Position numbers and translations under genes: made by a program. A stretch of 63,978 bases of DNA, the filler included, from Basidioascus undulatus (taxonomy: Eukaryota): assembly GCA_000826855.1 (NCBI GenBank). It is 4 parts of 4 records of this genome, joined end to end, with 100 filler letters (N's around TTAATTAATTAA, not from the genome) between each part and the next. Parts side by side here need not be neighbours in the genome. Positions count along the whole stretch, not along the records: positions 11,004 to 42,003 come from JTLS01000107.1; 3 more parts are not named here. The stretch is one strand, 5' to 3'. This document shows, in pieces, positions 23,637 to 35,942 of this stretch; position 1 is the stretch's first letter; each line of letters opens with the position of its first letter. Under the pieces are notes generated by a model that searched no databases, was not told the origin of the DNA, and saw only the letters and a program-made list of their open reading frames with translations.

Positions 23637-24026
23637 ATGACAGTTAAGCTGCCTCGTGATCCCCCGTTTGATCTGGAGAGGGTGCTGCGCGCGAAACCAG
23701 GGAAATACTTGGTATTCCTGCAGCCGCATGTCGATCTTGACGCCCACCTCGCTGCCGTCGACCCCCAGATCTCGGAGATGCTGCAAATTGGCGTATGCTG
23801 TACACGCCAGGTTTCCCGTCGAATTGGTGTGGCAGCGTGTTCATAAGGGAGGCAAGTCCCGGCGGAAGTTCAAAGAGGCCGTTGATTGGGGAGTGTGTCC
23901 GTTCATGCCCTCACTGATGCAGGGTGGGCACATTATTGGATTTGGTTCCAACAGTTCCTGGACTGGCTCGCCAATCGCGCCGAGAGAACTGACGAAGTCA
24001 AGAGCTTCACGTCAAACCAGTATTGA
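23637..24026 (+). pseudogene. Peptidase inhibitor I9-like gene (cassette gene B, second copy; 1-nt frameshift)
   Basis: MTVKLPRDPPFDLERVLRAKPGKYLVFLQPHVDLDAHLAAVDPQI [fs] LGDAANWRMLYTPGFPSNWCGSVFIRE|FLDWLANRAERTDEVKSF. The YxV.L...DLDAHL and F..WL....V pattern is I9-like. Confidence 0.6.
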
Positions 24027-24462
24027 TATCCTGCAGACTTCAGGTCATAGACCGGTAATAGAGGGAGCATTAAGATGCGTTTTTCGGTCATGTAGGGCCG
24101 CATTTGCACTTCAGTGCAGCGGGCTGCAGCAATAGCTCTCCTTGCTCGTCCGGTTGATTGAATGTTCTCTACGAGTTATTACTGCAATAAATTGGTTATT
24201 TTAAAGTCTCCCATAATTTCGAACGCAGTTGCATAGGCGTGATGGAAGAATCAGTATGGCCATTGCACCTTGCCAAGAGCAGAACAGCTCTGACAGTGGT
24301 TTTCACTGCCAACTTACGGTGTAGAGGAATGCCTTCTGTAATGTACTGGTATCTCGTGTGCTCATGTGCATCGTATCGCAGAACAGCCTCGAAAGGGAAT
24401 CGATGGCAAGGGTAAGAATGGGCTGTTTTGCGTGTCATATGAATGCTTATCTTTAAACGTTG

Positions 24463-24536
24463 TCTTCGGTGGCGCAAGTGGTTAGCGCGTCCGACTGTTA
24501 ATCGGGAAGTTGTGAGTTTAAGTCTCACCTGAAGAG
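24463..24536 (+). tRNA. tRNA-Asn(GUU), probably impaired or pseudo
   Basis: Acceptor TCTTCGG/CTGAAGA, GCGC D-stem, TCCGA-CT-GTT-AA-TCGGG anticodon arm, GTGAG/CTCAC T-stem, downstream T5. The T-loop reads TTTAAGT instead of TTCRAnT. Confidence 0.8.
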
Positions 24537-24904
24537 TTAATTTTTGCTTGCTTTGTGAAGCAAAGGTCATAACAGAAGGGCCTGGTCCCGAGCGCAACAG
24601 AAATCGATCGGTCGCCCCGGATCCACCTGGCACAGGCCGGTGCAAGTTGCTACGGACATTCTCCGCCTCCTGACAGCTGATGCTTGTGCCTTTACGTCTT
24701 CTATGCCCACTTGTGCTTGACGTTTATGCAACAGAATCAAGTAGAGTGAGTGTGAGTGTGTGCGTGTTGAAATCCTGCCAGGCAGCTGAGTCACTCTTTC
24801 TCACTCGACCGGCCGGTCGGCACGACCGAGCAGTCATCAATGCGATACCGCGTGGTTCTTCCTGGTCTTCCTCGAGCCGCCTTCCATTCTTAATTCCCTT
24901 CCAC

Positions 24905-27824
24905 ATGCTCCTCAGCGCCAGCGGACACACCCTCAGGCGCACTACTCCCGCTCTCCTGCAGCGCACTTTCACCGCAACAGCATCCAGAATGTCCAACGCC
25001 GACGGCGTCGTCGTCTTCACTCAAGACGGCTCGGTTACATCCTCCGAGCAGTCGTCGCTCCAGAAGCTCTGGGACGGCGCCAGGACCAAGAACAAGCCTG
25101 GCGAGGGGAGGGTCTTCTACAATGTTGACTGCAAGGTGAGTGCGCAAAGACTCCTGGCAGACAGTCCTAGCGTGCGCTGACCAGGAGCACTCCCCGTAGG
25201 GCAAGGTCGCGGCTGTCCAGTCGCTCGGCAAGCTCCCCGCCAATGCGTCCGAGAACCTCAAGGCCGAGCGCACTCGCAAGGTATACTTCTTGTCTCTTAC
25301 AGCATTTCTTCCAGATCTTGACCTTAACCGCCCTCTTCAGGCCGCCGCTCTCGGTGCTCTCGCGCTCCGCTCTTCCGGCGCGTCCAGCATCGCCGTCGCT
25401 CCGGGCTTGTCGCCGCACGCTGCCGCGACGGGTGCGAACCTCGCGCTCTTCAAATATAGCCTGAAGAGCAAGAAGGACGAGAGCGTTCCGGAGAAGGTCG
25501 ATGTCTCTCCGCTTGAGCAGACCAAGGCGGAGAGCGGTGGGCTCGGATGGGAGTCGGGCGAGGTCTACGCCAGGGCCCAGAACCTTGCGAGGGAGGTGAG
25601 TCGCTTCCGTGTTGTGTACCAGGGAATGAACCAAGCTGAATAGAACGGTCGGTGGGGAACAGCTTATGGAGGCTCCGGCCAACTTCGTTACGCCGACGGC
25701 TTTCACCGAGCGCGCGAAGAAGGAGGTGAGCCCGGATCACATCACCCCTTTTTGCCACATTTGCATTGATCCATCTCTTGTGATGCAGCTCGAGGGCCTC
25801 AAGAACGTTGAGATCCACGTTCGCGACGAGGGTTGAGTTGCACGCATGCCTTACCATTCAGAAGACGTCTTCTCAAGCTTCCCCTTTCTCGCAGCGTGGG
25901 CCAAGGAGAAGAAGATGAACAGCTTCCTCTCCGTCGCTGCGGGCACCGACGAGCCTGCGAAGATCCTTGAGATGTGCGCCATACATCTTCCGATTGCCTT
26001 AATCACACGCAGAAGCTTATGTCGCTCTTGCAAAACAGCTACTACAAGGGTGCCGCGGACCCGAACGCACAGCCGCTCGCGCTCGTCGGCAAGGGCATCA
26101 CCTTCGACTCTGGGGGGATCTCGCTCAAGCCTGGTGCGTGCATAGCTATCTGCTCATGTTTAAGCCTCGCCGGCCATTGTTGACCCTTCATTGTGACTCA
26201 GGCGCTGGCATGAAGCTGTGCGTGCCTTATGTTCTTGGCGGGTCCGCCTACTTTCTCATCCAACGAACGTCCCCTGTACAGCATGCGCGGCGACATGGGC
26301 GGCGCTGCGACCCTATTCGCTTCCACCTGGGCCATCGCCAAGGTAACTGTTGTTTCTATTGCCGCGTTGTGACCCTTTCTCAGTCTCGCCTGTCTGCTTC
26401 GCAGCTCCAACTCCCCATCAACGTCGTCTTCGTCGCCGCGCTCACCGAGAACATGCCCAGTGGCAAGGCGACCAAGCCGGGTGACATCATCACTGCGATG
26501 AACGGTGCGCGGTCCTCCTGCTTGACATGGCGTACTCGGGGGCTTATGCACGGGTGGAATGATACAGGCAAGACGATCGAGGTGGACAACACTGTGCGAC
26601 ATACCATCGTATGCGATGCGTAGACGAGTCATCGAGGCTAATCAGCGGATTGACAGGACGCGGAGGGTCGCCTTGTTCTTGCCGATGCGCTGTGGTGTTC
26701 GTTTGTCTGCTGTTATCTCCCGCCGCTGCGAGACTTACATGGCATCATTCAAATCCCACAGATGCGAGCAGCACCTTCAACCCCCACGTACACCAACCGT
26801 CATATCTTTCTTAGTCAGGTGCTTGATCTGACTTGACATGTTGCCTGACTTGAAATAGACCGTCATCGACGCTGCGACCCTCACGGGCGCGATCGTCATC
26901 GCTCTTGGCGAGGTGTACTCGGCCGTGTTCTCGTCGGACGACAAGCTCTGGGAGGACTTGAAGACTGCTGGTGGTCAGTTGCTATGTTGTTGAAACGCGC
27001 AGGTGACCACGGGTGCTTACCTGGCGAGGTGAATCTGCAGAGGCGGAGGCTGACGAGTTCTGGAGGATGCCGTGAGTAACTTTGTTCAACGCTATGTATC
27101 GGGACGGTGTTGCTGATCACGCGCCCTGGCAGCCTCAACTCTGTCTACCTCAAGCAGGTCCGTATCGACTGACAGACATGCGCGTTGATGGGTTGGTGCT
27201 CATTCTGATCGCGGCTGCAGATCGACGGCACCGCGGCGGACCTCTGCAACGTTCGTCTATTGCTTTCGCCTGAACCCAGCTAGCAGTTGACACAATGCCC
27301 CTTCAGACTGGCGGTCGCCCCGCTGGCTCTTGCACGGCTGCCATCTTCTTGCGCGAGATGTGCGTCACGTCATCTCGTCTGCTGAAAACCCTTGCTACGG
27401 GTGTTGACCCTTACGTGTGATATGAACAGGGTCGAGGGCCTGTGAGTGCTGTACTGCATGGCACGACGGAGGAAATCAGCGTGCGTGCCACTGATGATTG
27501 TTGATGGTTTTATAGCGACCTCGAGAACGACGGGGCGAATGCAAAGCGCACGTGGGCGCACGTTGACATTGCTGGTTCGATGGGTAAGCTGCACAACTGG
27601 CTCTTTGCTCCACTGGAATGTGGAAAGCAACCGTGCTGACCTATCTGCGTCTATGCAGAGTGCACCCGTCCCGAGGGCTACAACGTCCGTTTCCCGTCTG
27701 CGCTCTTACTGGACATCTCTGACATTTTTCCTTATGCTTCATGCAGACCAAGGGCATGTCCGGCCGTCCTACGCGTTCGATCATCGAGTACGCGCGTCGC
27801 CTCGGCCTGCGGGCGCAGAAGTAA
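24905..27824 (+). CDS. M17 leucyl (cytosol) aminopeptidase, about 22 exons
   Basis: [95 protein letters not shown]. Confidence 0.96.
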
Positions 27825-28074
27825 ACGGGAGCTGGCACGGCAGCGAAGAGCGAGGGGGTATCTGTGAAGGGTTGACGTGATGAATGATCTTGATGAATGA
27901 CTTTGAGGCTTCTTGTGGACGACTGCACGCGATCGTGTCTATGATGATTGAGTTAGCCTGTGCAACCCTTTTCAACGCCGATCTGTCCCAAATGCAGCGC
28001 TACTATTCCCTCGATGTAACACGCGCATGTTCGCAGCACAAACGAAGGAATTGATACATCATACACCGCGGCTC

Positions 28075-29440
28075 TCATTCCTCCAAGTCGACGTACTCAC
28101 TAAGCGAAATATCCCAGTACTCCATCGTGTCCGCGTCTCGTATGATGTAAAAGTATGACCTTGAAGAAGTGAAACGAAGACAGAGAAGCCCAGGGAGGTG
28201 ATTGCGAGGACTTGAGCGACGGTCCACAGCATCCGGACCCGATGAGGTCTCCACGTCCATCTCGAAGTTGAGGTATAGATGGCTCAGGTGTTTTAACTGT
28301 TTAAGATCTTCTGTGGCGCACTGCGAACCGGCGAAAATGCAAGCAGACGGTTGCGAAGCAGCCAGGTTGATCCTCTTCGTCACGTACCGAGGAGCTCAAC
28401 TGCCGTTTTACTTCAGTGCCCACGATGAGGAACTCGAGGTAAGGTGGGGGCTTGGCTATCAACGTCAGGCAACGTCCTGGGTCGCTGGCAGTTTCAGGTG
28501 AGTTCAGACTGACATCGTAGAGCCGTAGTTGCCGAACAGTTGCGGCAAGTGTGATAAAAAGTCGTAAAATTCGTCAGTAGTAGTTGTGCTACTTCGGGGA
28601 TATTCGTTGAACACGTTAACCTGATCGAGCGAATAATGCGATTTCATCGATCGACGCGAGAACGGCGGACGCATCATCGAAATTGCAGATGAGACGTTCG
28701 TGGCCGGGTAGAAGATCTGGCGCGACGCTGATTCCCGCAACGGGAGAAGATCAGCCATCGGTCGTGCGCGATGGATAAACATTGATGAAGATGAGGGAGC
28801 GATGGTGGGGTTGGCGTGCGATCAGCGCTGAGAGAACGTCTGGACTGCTGTGGACGCCTTGAAGCTCCAGGTGCGTCAGCCCGATGGGCAACGAAGCGGC
28901 TTGTCACAAGTCCATGATGTTGGACAAATAGGGGATGATTGCGCTTCCGAAGCTTGCGTATCCGGCGACGAGCGCAAGGTGTTTTAGGGAGGCGGAAGAG
29001 GCAACGACAGCACGAGCGCGCGACAAGCGGAGGATTGAGCGCTGTTGCCAGCGGTGAACGTTTGAAGGACAGTCATAGCGAGGTAGACGGCGCAGTGGGA
29101 GTCGGGTCTTCCTGGGGCGGAGCTCCTTTGAGTCTTTCGTGAGAGCGACCAGCGTGGCCGGCTCATGGCAAGATCGAGGAGATCGCCAAGAGCGGCAAGA
29201 GTGCTGTCCGAGGCGATATCGTCTTCCTCCGGTGGAAGTACTTGATTGAGAGCGAACGAAGGCGCGAAGTCTTGTCGGCAATCCTAATAACGGCTGAGCA
29301 CAGGACACTGCTGGCCGTGGTGCCAACAATGCGTGCAGACAGACTCCGCACGAGTGCGCCGAGCTCCCCCGTCTTTGCTCGAGCGAGCGAGCGAGCCACG
29401 CACATGGCAGCGTGTGAGACGTCGTCGTGATCGAGATCGA
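28075..29440 (-). pseudogene. Possible degenerate LRR/F-box-type gene
   Basis: Fragments RLRSLSIKY, SLKHLALV, FLSHLPQL and LKHLSHLYLNF in different frames separated by stops. Confidence 0.3.
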
Positions 29441-30218
29441 CATCTCGGTAGAGTGCGCTGATGGCGCTCGGATGAAAGTTGAAATCACCGTAAATTGAAG
29501 ACAGTCCCTGAGTGGGAGATAAGCGAAAATTTCCGTGAGGACCTCAGGCGGAAAGACGAGTGTTCGAGGAGGACGTCATGGTAGTGATATGCGTCTGGGT
29601 GACACGACCGAAAGGTGAGAGCAGCTGAGAAGGCGCAAAAACGATGACGAGTTTCAAAAACGACCAAGTTGTGTGTGTAACTTGGTGTGTGCGTGTGTGT
29701 TGATCGTGAGGAAGGTGGGTGTTGTGAGGAGGTCGAAGGTTGCCTAGGGTTGCCGTCCTACGCCCGAGAGCGTACGTAAACAATTACACCAACTGCGAGT
29801 AGAAAGCACAGGTTTGGTTGGCAGGTTGAAAAGGGGGAATGCTGCAGGAAAAACTTAATGATAGTAAAGTTATTGAGATGAACAACTCGACTGGCCGATG
29901 TGCGCACAGACGAGGAGTCTGGCAGGCAAGCACAGGCATGGCGCGGTGTAGTTGCACGGAGCTATGGGTTACAGTGCAGGGAAACGAGGGCGGAGCGAAC
30001 AGCGCGCGTTGAAAAAGCGCAGTTGCAGGCATGTAGTTGTTGTCCGCTTACGAGGGAGAAGTACAAGCGTGTCTCTTTCAGGCGAGCTTACTCTCGTCGT
30101 TTCGCACAGTTCCTACCACCTCGGATGTCGCTACCAATGGGGGATATAAAACTTCTCTGGCGGAAAAAGACAAGGTGAAAGCTACAAGTTGAGGGGCAGT
30201 TGCCCCGCCGCGAGGGTA

Positions 30219-30490
30219 GGTACCAGTTCGCAGGGCCCGACGACCGCCCGTTCCAATGGGTCAAGTCTCAAACGAACAGCCGGACTGTGAGTTCAACATT
30301 CACCCTCTCTTGGCTGGAGAATTCTCTTACACCCAAATTCTATCCAAGCTTGTGGATCCGAGTCAAACCATCCACATTGTAAACTATACCTTCGGCGTCG
30401 AACACTCATTCCATTCAGACGAACTGCGGCGCTTGCAGGTGGGGCAGTCCGGGTACGGCACGCTGCTGGACGCGATAGTCTTTAGGTACC
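30219..30490 (+). pseudogene. DUF6593-like exons (fragment)
   Basis: RYQFAGPDDRPFQW...|LVDPSQ...RLQVGQSGYGTLLDAIVF resembles the basidiomycete DUF6593 pattern F.G.DG..Y.W...LD.IV. No complete gene could be built. Confidence 0.4.
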
Positions 30491-31623
30491 AAGCTCTGTT
30501 TGATACGCACCGGCTCTCTCACATCAATGACGACTGACCTTTCCGTACCTCAACGCCATTATCATGCAAGCCGCGCGGACGGTCCAGGAGGAAGCCGACG
30601 ACACTGGGAACTGGTTGCTCAGCGGTAGCATTGTGGCGTCTCTGAACTAGGATTCGGCTACTGTTCAATATACAGGCGAAAGCCATAGAAGCGTGCAGTG
30701 ATCTTGACCGCAACCCTTCGGAACAGCGCGAGAGATTATTCAAGTGAATCATTTTGAAGCTCGACCTCCGCGCGCAGTGCCCTTCACCGGTGTCTGTTCG
30801 TGGTGATGTTTTTGGTAAGATACTTACGGGACCTGGCTAGTGCAAATTTCAGAGAGAGAGAGGAAAAGGAACACATCGTTTACCTCCGGTTCGCAGTCTG
30901 CAATGTGCTGTTGAGCGAGCAACACAACACGGGTTGTGGACCATGGCTCTGCCGATTTCAATGGGGAAAGGCACGAAAATACAAAGGGTCATGAGCTGGA
31001 CCATAAAAGTATGTTTCAAGGCGTCATGAGCCAGATGTTTTGCGAAAGCCGCGTTTGCGCCGGAGTCCTAGAGTCGGTCCTCCAGGCAGGTGTATCTATC
31101 GAGTGCCGTCCGTTACTCGAGTACTGGAGTTAGGTTGAGTACCTACTCTTCGAACGTTTCATGAATTATTCGGGGCACGGTTTGGCGTCCATGGAGCTTG
31201 CTCCGAGTGCTGCGTTTCATTCCCAACTGTTAGAGGCGACTTCTACGACGACGAATGGCAGTTTCTCGGTTGTCTTGCAGACATTGTGTACTCAGTATGT
31301 CCCAATCTGCGTCGATTTTGCTGGAGTCCAACACCATGAGCAAACCATGAGCATCGCCCAGCAGCGAAACGCGCGCCGCCTGCAAACAGGCGCTTGAAAA
31401 TTGCGACTGCGACTGCAAACGCGTCCAGGGCAGCGCGGGGCAACGGGCCGACTCCGCAACTCCTCCGCTTCGCCGGAAGGTGCTGCTGGCTTGTTGACGA
31501 TCATCTCCCGCTCGGACGGCCCTTTTTGCCTTCTCTTTTCTTCGTACACTTATCGGCTCCACCAGAGGAGGTCTGCGCTTCTACCCGGCCGCAAGCCGGC
31601 CTGTTCCTTGACCATCAACCGCC

Positions 31624-34600
31624 ATGTCCGCTCCTGAGACGCCCCGCCGTCGCTCGACTGGCACACCCTCCCGAATCAACCTGTCGCCCCGCTTCAACCC
31701 CCTCCTCGCGGACGAGTCGGCGCTCGACGACTCCGAGACACCCTCCCCGTCCCACCATCGCCCGTCTCCAAGCGGTGGCGGGCACACCATCAAGCGGCGC
31801 GTCTGGTCTGATGCGGCGCGGGGGCGGTCGGGAAGCAGGGTGAGTGGGCACCGCCCCAGCTTCAGCGTCGGGCGGCGCTTGGGGGGCGCGGACGACAAGC
31901 CCATCCTCCCCAACCCCATCGAGAAGAAGGGCGAGGAGAGCACGCCGCTCCCGCTCGTGCCGATGATTGTCCTGGCTATTGTGAGTTTAGGGCGTGCTCA
32001 GGCTAGGAGGCAGCGCGTGGCGGACTGACCGGCGGGACGCGACTTTAGTCTATGCTAAGCGAGTTCTTGAGCGCGAACGTCTCAGCGCCGTTCATCCTCT
32101 TCCTCGTGGAAAGCTTTGGCGTGGGCGGGCCGGAGAAGGACGCTGGCAAGGTCGGACTGTGGACGGGAATTCTGGGTGCCTCCTTCTTCTTGACCCAGTT
32201 CTCGGTGCGTGCTCAATGTGTACATCGTTTCCACTGGATTGCTGACGTTCCAGTACCTGCATGCAGACCTCCTTGCTGGTGCGTTTCTCTCATGTGAGGT
32301 AGAAGGCAATACGCGGGCTGAAACCGTCGAAACTCGCAGTGGGCCAACATCGGTACTTCCCAGCACCGAAATTCCTTTCGCTTCAGACGTTGATTAATGT
32401 CCCACAGCTGAGCATTATGGTCGGAGGACTGTCTTCTGGACCTCGTACGTCGATTGGGGATTCTCGCGCGCAAAGCACCGGCTGTTTACATGTTGCGCTT
32501 TCACAGCCTGCTCGGTCTTTCTGCCGCGACCACTGCCTTCGGAACCGCGTCGACGTTGGGGGAGGCGATCTGTATGCGCTTGATCCAGGGGTGAGGCTCT
32601 GATCTGATCATCCTGTGAAAGCGCTGGGCTAAGACGGGTGTCGCAGTGTCTTCTCCGGCGCGGTGGGCGTCAGCCGGGGCGCTGTCAAGGACGTCACGGA
32701 CAGCACGAACGAGGGTCGTGCGTACGCGATTTTGGGCTTCTGCTGGGGTATGGGAGGCATTGTCGGTCCTATCATCGGTGCGCCGCTCTCGCCCTCGCGT
32801 TTGTTGGGTGTCTCTGAGCATGCATTGCGCTCTCAGGTGGGACGTTCGAACAACCTATCAAGCAGCACCCTTCCTGGTTCGGCGAGCACCCGCCGAAGAT
32901 CCTCATCACCTACCCGTACCTCCTCCCCTGCTTCGTCGCCTCGCTCGTGACGCTCCTCGGCGCGCTCTTGTGCGTGTTCCTCAACCGCGACGGCGGTCCG
33001 CGCTGGGGCGGCATCCGCCTCGAGGGGCCGGAGAAGGACTTGGAGCCGGGCGTCGTGCGCCGCGTCAGCAGGAAAATCAGCGGGATCCTCCCTGGCGGCG
33101 CCCGTCGGCCGAGCACCACCACGGAGATGACCGGCAGCCCGCTCGCGGAGCGCAGGCCAAGCGGCAGCGCGTATGGGTACGGGCGCAGGCCCAGCAGGAC
33201 GAGGAGGACGTCCGGGGACTCGCCGACTCCCCTGGGGTTGGAGGACGGGGAGAGGACGGAGCAGGAGCAGGAGGAGCCGAAGCTCTCGTTCGCGCAGAGG
33301 CTGCTGTTTGCGCAGGAGGAGAACGTCATGTCGGTGCGTTTTGCGTTAAAGCTTCGGCTGTGGGCGGCTTGAACGACTGCTGAGTCCCTTTTTGCTCACG
33401 ACAGCTCACGGACCTCTGGGTCTCGTCTGCGCTCGCGGAGGAGTCGGCTGCGGCCCCGGAGGAAGAAGGCGAGTACGGCTCAGAGCTAGCCGAGGAGGAC
33501 GACGACATCGAAGACCGCGAGTCCATCGCCGAGACGGTCACGCCCGCCCCCGGCGAATCGAGCGAGCACCTGCGCGACCCGACCTCGACCACCCAGTCCA
33601 TCGCGTCCTCGCCCTCCCGCCCCTTGCCCGCCCGCGTCCTCTCCGGCGAGCGCTCTCCGCTCCTCGGCCCCGGCAGCGCGCGCCGGCCCTCACGCGGCAC
33701 AGAGTTCCGCGACCGCCTCGCGATGCTCGGCGCCATCCCGCGCGTGGGGCAGGGCGCACAGCTCCGCCGCGGGAGCCTCGCCGCTGCTTCTCGCCCGAGG
33801 AGCATCTTCTCTAACACCGGCTTGGAGAGCCCCGCGATGGCCCCGCCGAGTGAGGGAGGGTACTTTGGGGGAACGCCGGCGGACCAGGGCGGGTTGGCGG
33901 TCATCCAGGAGACCCACGGACAGCCGCAACAGCAACCGCAGCCGCAGCAGGAGCAGGAGTCCACCCCCGTCGTGTCGAAGGAGAAGCTGCCTTACATCAT
34001 CCTCTTCCAGTATGGCATGCTGGCGCTGCACAGTACGTCTTTCGTCCCGGCGCTTCTCCCACCTCGTCCCACCGCAAGACAGCTTACCGCGGACGCAATT
34101 GCAGACACCACCTACGACCAGCTCTTCCTGTGCGCTTCTCTACCACTTTTTGTGCTGGTCCAGCTCGTGCACTGACTGACTGAATTGGATTTCAGCTCGC
34201 TTCTCCTCACCGCCTTCCCCGGCGGTGGCCTGGGTCTTTCCGCCCCGCACTTCGCGCAGCTCATCGCCGTACGTTGGATCCCTTGTCGTCTTACCCTTGT
34301 TCTTGCGCTTACTCTCCCTCTTCTTCTCGCCTGCCAGATGATGGCTGCTGTCAGCATGATCAACCAATTCGTGCTGTATCCGTTCGTCGGCGTAAGTCCC
34401 AACTCCACGTCTCATGTTCGAGTATCGCCCGGTCAAGCCGAGCATGTTCTGATGGCGTCGTTGCACGCATGACAGCCCCCCAGAGGCAAACTTTCCCACT
34501 TGGCGATGTTCCGCCTCGGTGGGGGCATCTTCATCACCTCTTACAGTACGCCCCTTCCGCTTTCGGTCCAATGGCAGGCGTAGCTCGAGGGCTCATAATT

Positions 34601-35366
34601 CATTCGCCAGTTCTCACACCGTGGCTGAGGAGCCTTGCGCGGCCGGATGAGGAGAGTGACGCGTTGGTCATGACCGGTGCGTCATCTTGCCTGCCTGCCT
34701 CTTCGCTTCTTTGGCTAACGATTCCCGACGAACAGGCATGGCGCTCCTCACGTGCGCTGATCTCCTTCCGTAACAATATGCGATTGCAGCGCCTCATGCT
34801 GATGTTGAGCTCTTCACAGCGCATTCCGTTTCATGGGCATCACGGCGTCGTACACTGCGTGAGTCTTCAGTTAAAGCTTCTAGTTTTTCCGCCTGCTCTG
34901 ACCAATTTTATGTATTCCATTCTGCAGCATGATGGTCCTGATCAACACCGCCTCCCCGCCGGCATTGGTTAACACGGCCAACGCGCTCGGCCAGAGCGTC
35001 GTTGCGCTCTCGCGTTTCGTCGGCCGTACGTATCTTCCTCCAGCTGGACTCGTTCGGCTACCGCAGGCGGATATTGCTGAAGCTGCGGTCCTGGGACACA
35101 GCGATCCTCGGCGGCGTTCTTTGGTCCGTCTCCATCTCCGGTAACCTAGAGGGGTTCCCGTGGGGCTTCCACATTGTTTCGCTTATGGTGCGCACTACCT
35201 TCGTCTCGCGTCTTTGTGGCATCGGTTAACGAGCCTTCCCGTCCCTCCTCCAGGCGCTTTTCGTGAGTTGCCTTGGCTATTTCCGCTTGCAGGCCGCCTG
35301 CATGGACAACTCGACTGACTTTGACCTTGTCTCCAGGCTTTGGCGCACTCCTTCCTCATCCGCTGA
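31624..35366 (+). CDS. MFS transporter (YCR023C/ZIFL-like), many exons
   Basis: STPLP..MIVLAI, WANIAEHYGRRTV (motif A-like), FSGAVGVSRGAVKDVTDSTNEGRAYAILGFCWGMGGIVGPIIG, YPYLLPC, ANALGQSVVALSRFVG. Confidence 0.9.
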
Positions 35367-35942
35367 CGGCCTTTTTCGACGTGGACACCCTTGGTCTTTA
35401 CTTTCTGTCACGACTTACCATGTAGCATCCATTCTCACTGTCACGCTCTCGTCTCACATCTTGCTCGCATATACGTCTACTAACTAGCTCTGCATTCTCG
35501 TTGTCAATGTCAATGTTCTCGCAATTTTCACCTTGTCGTCATATAATACTGCATTTAGACCTTCATGTCTGTATACTCACTCTGCAGGGCAGGGCAGCGG
35601 AATCCTGTCGCATTTGAACGTGCAACGCGTTTCCTTACCGTATAGAGATCGGCATGTCCACCGTGTATAAACGTGAACGCTTGTTGGCCCTTAGGCTGGA
35701 GCAGGTCCGTGCTCTCCTTTGTCTCGTATCGCCGCATGTGTTGACCCAAACCATCAGTCGCAAACGAGATTGTCCTCCCCCAAACCTGCCGCCCAGCTCC
35801 CGTCGAAGCGAAAGCGCCCCACACCTACCCGCCGAGTATCGATCGAGCCCACGCGCAAGTCTGCGGACTGCAAACACGGAGAAGAGCGAAGCTACCTCGT
35901 TCGCTGCGCTCAGCACGCTGTATTGCGGAAATTGCAATATGA

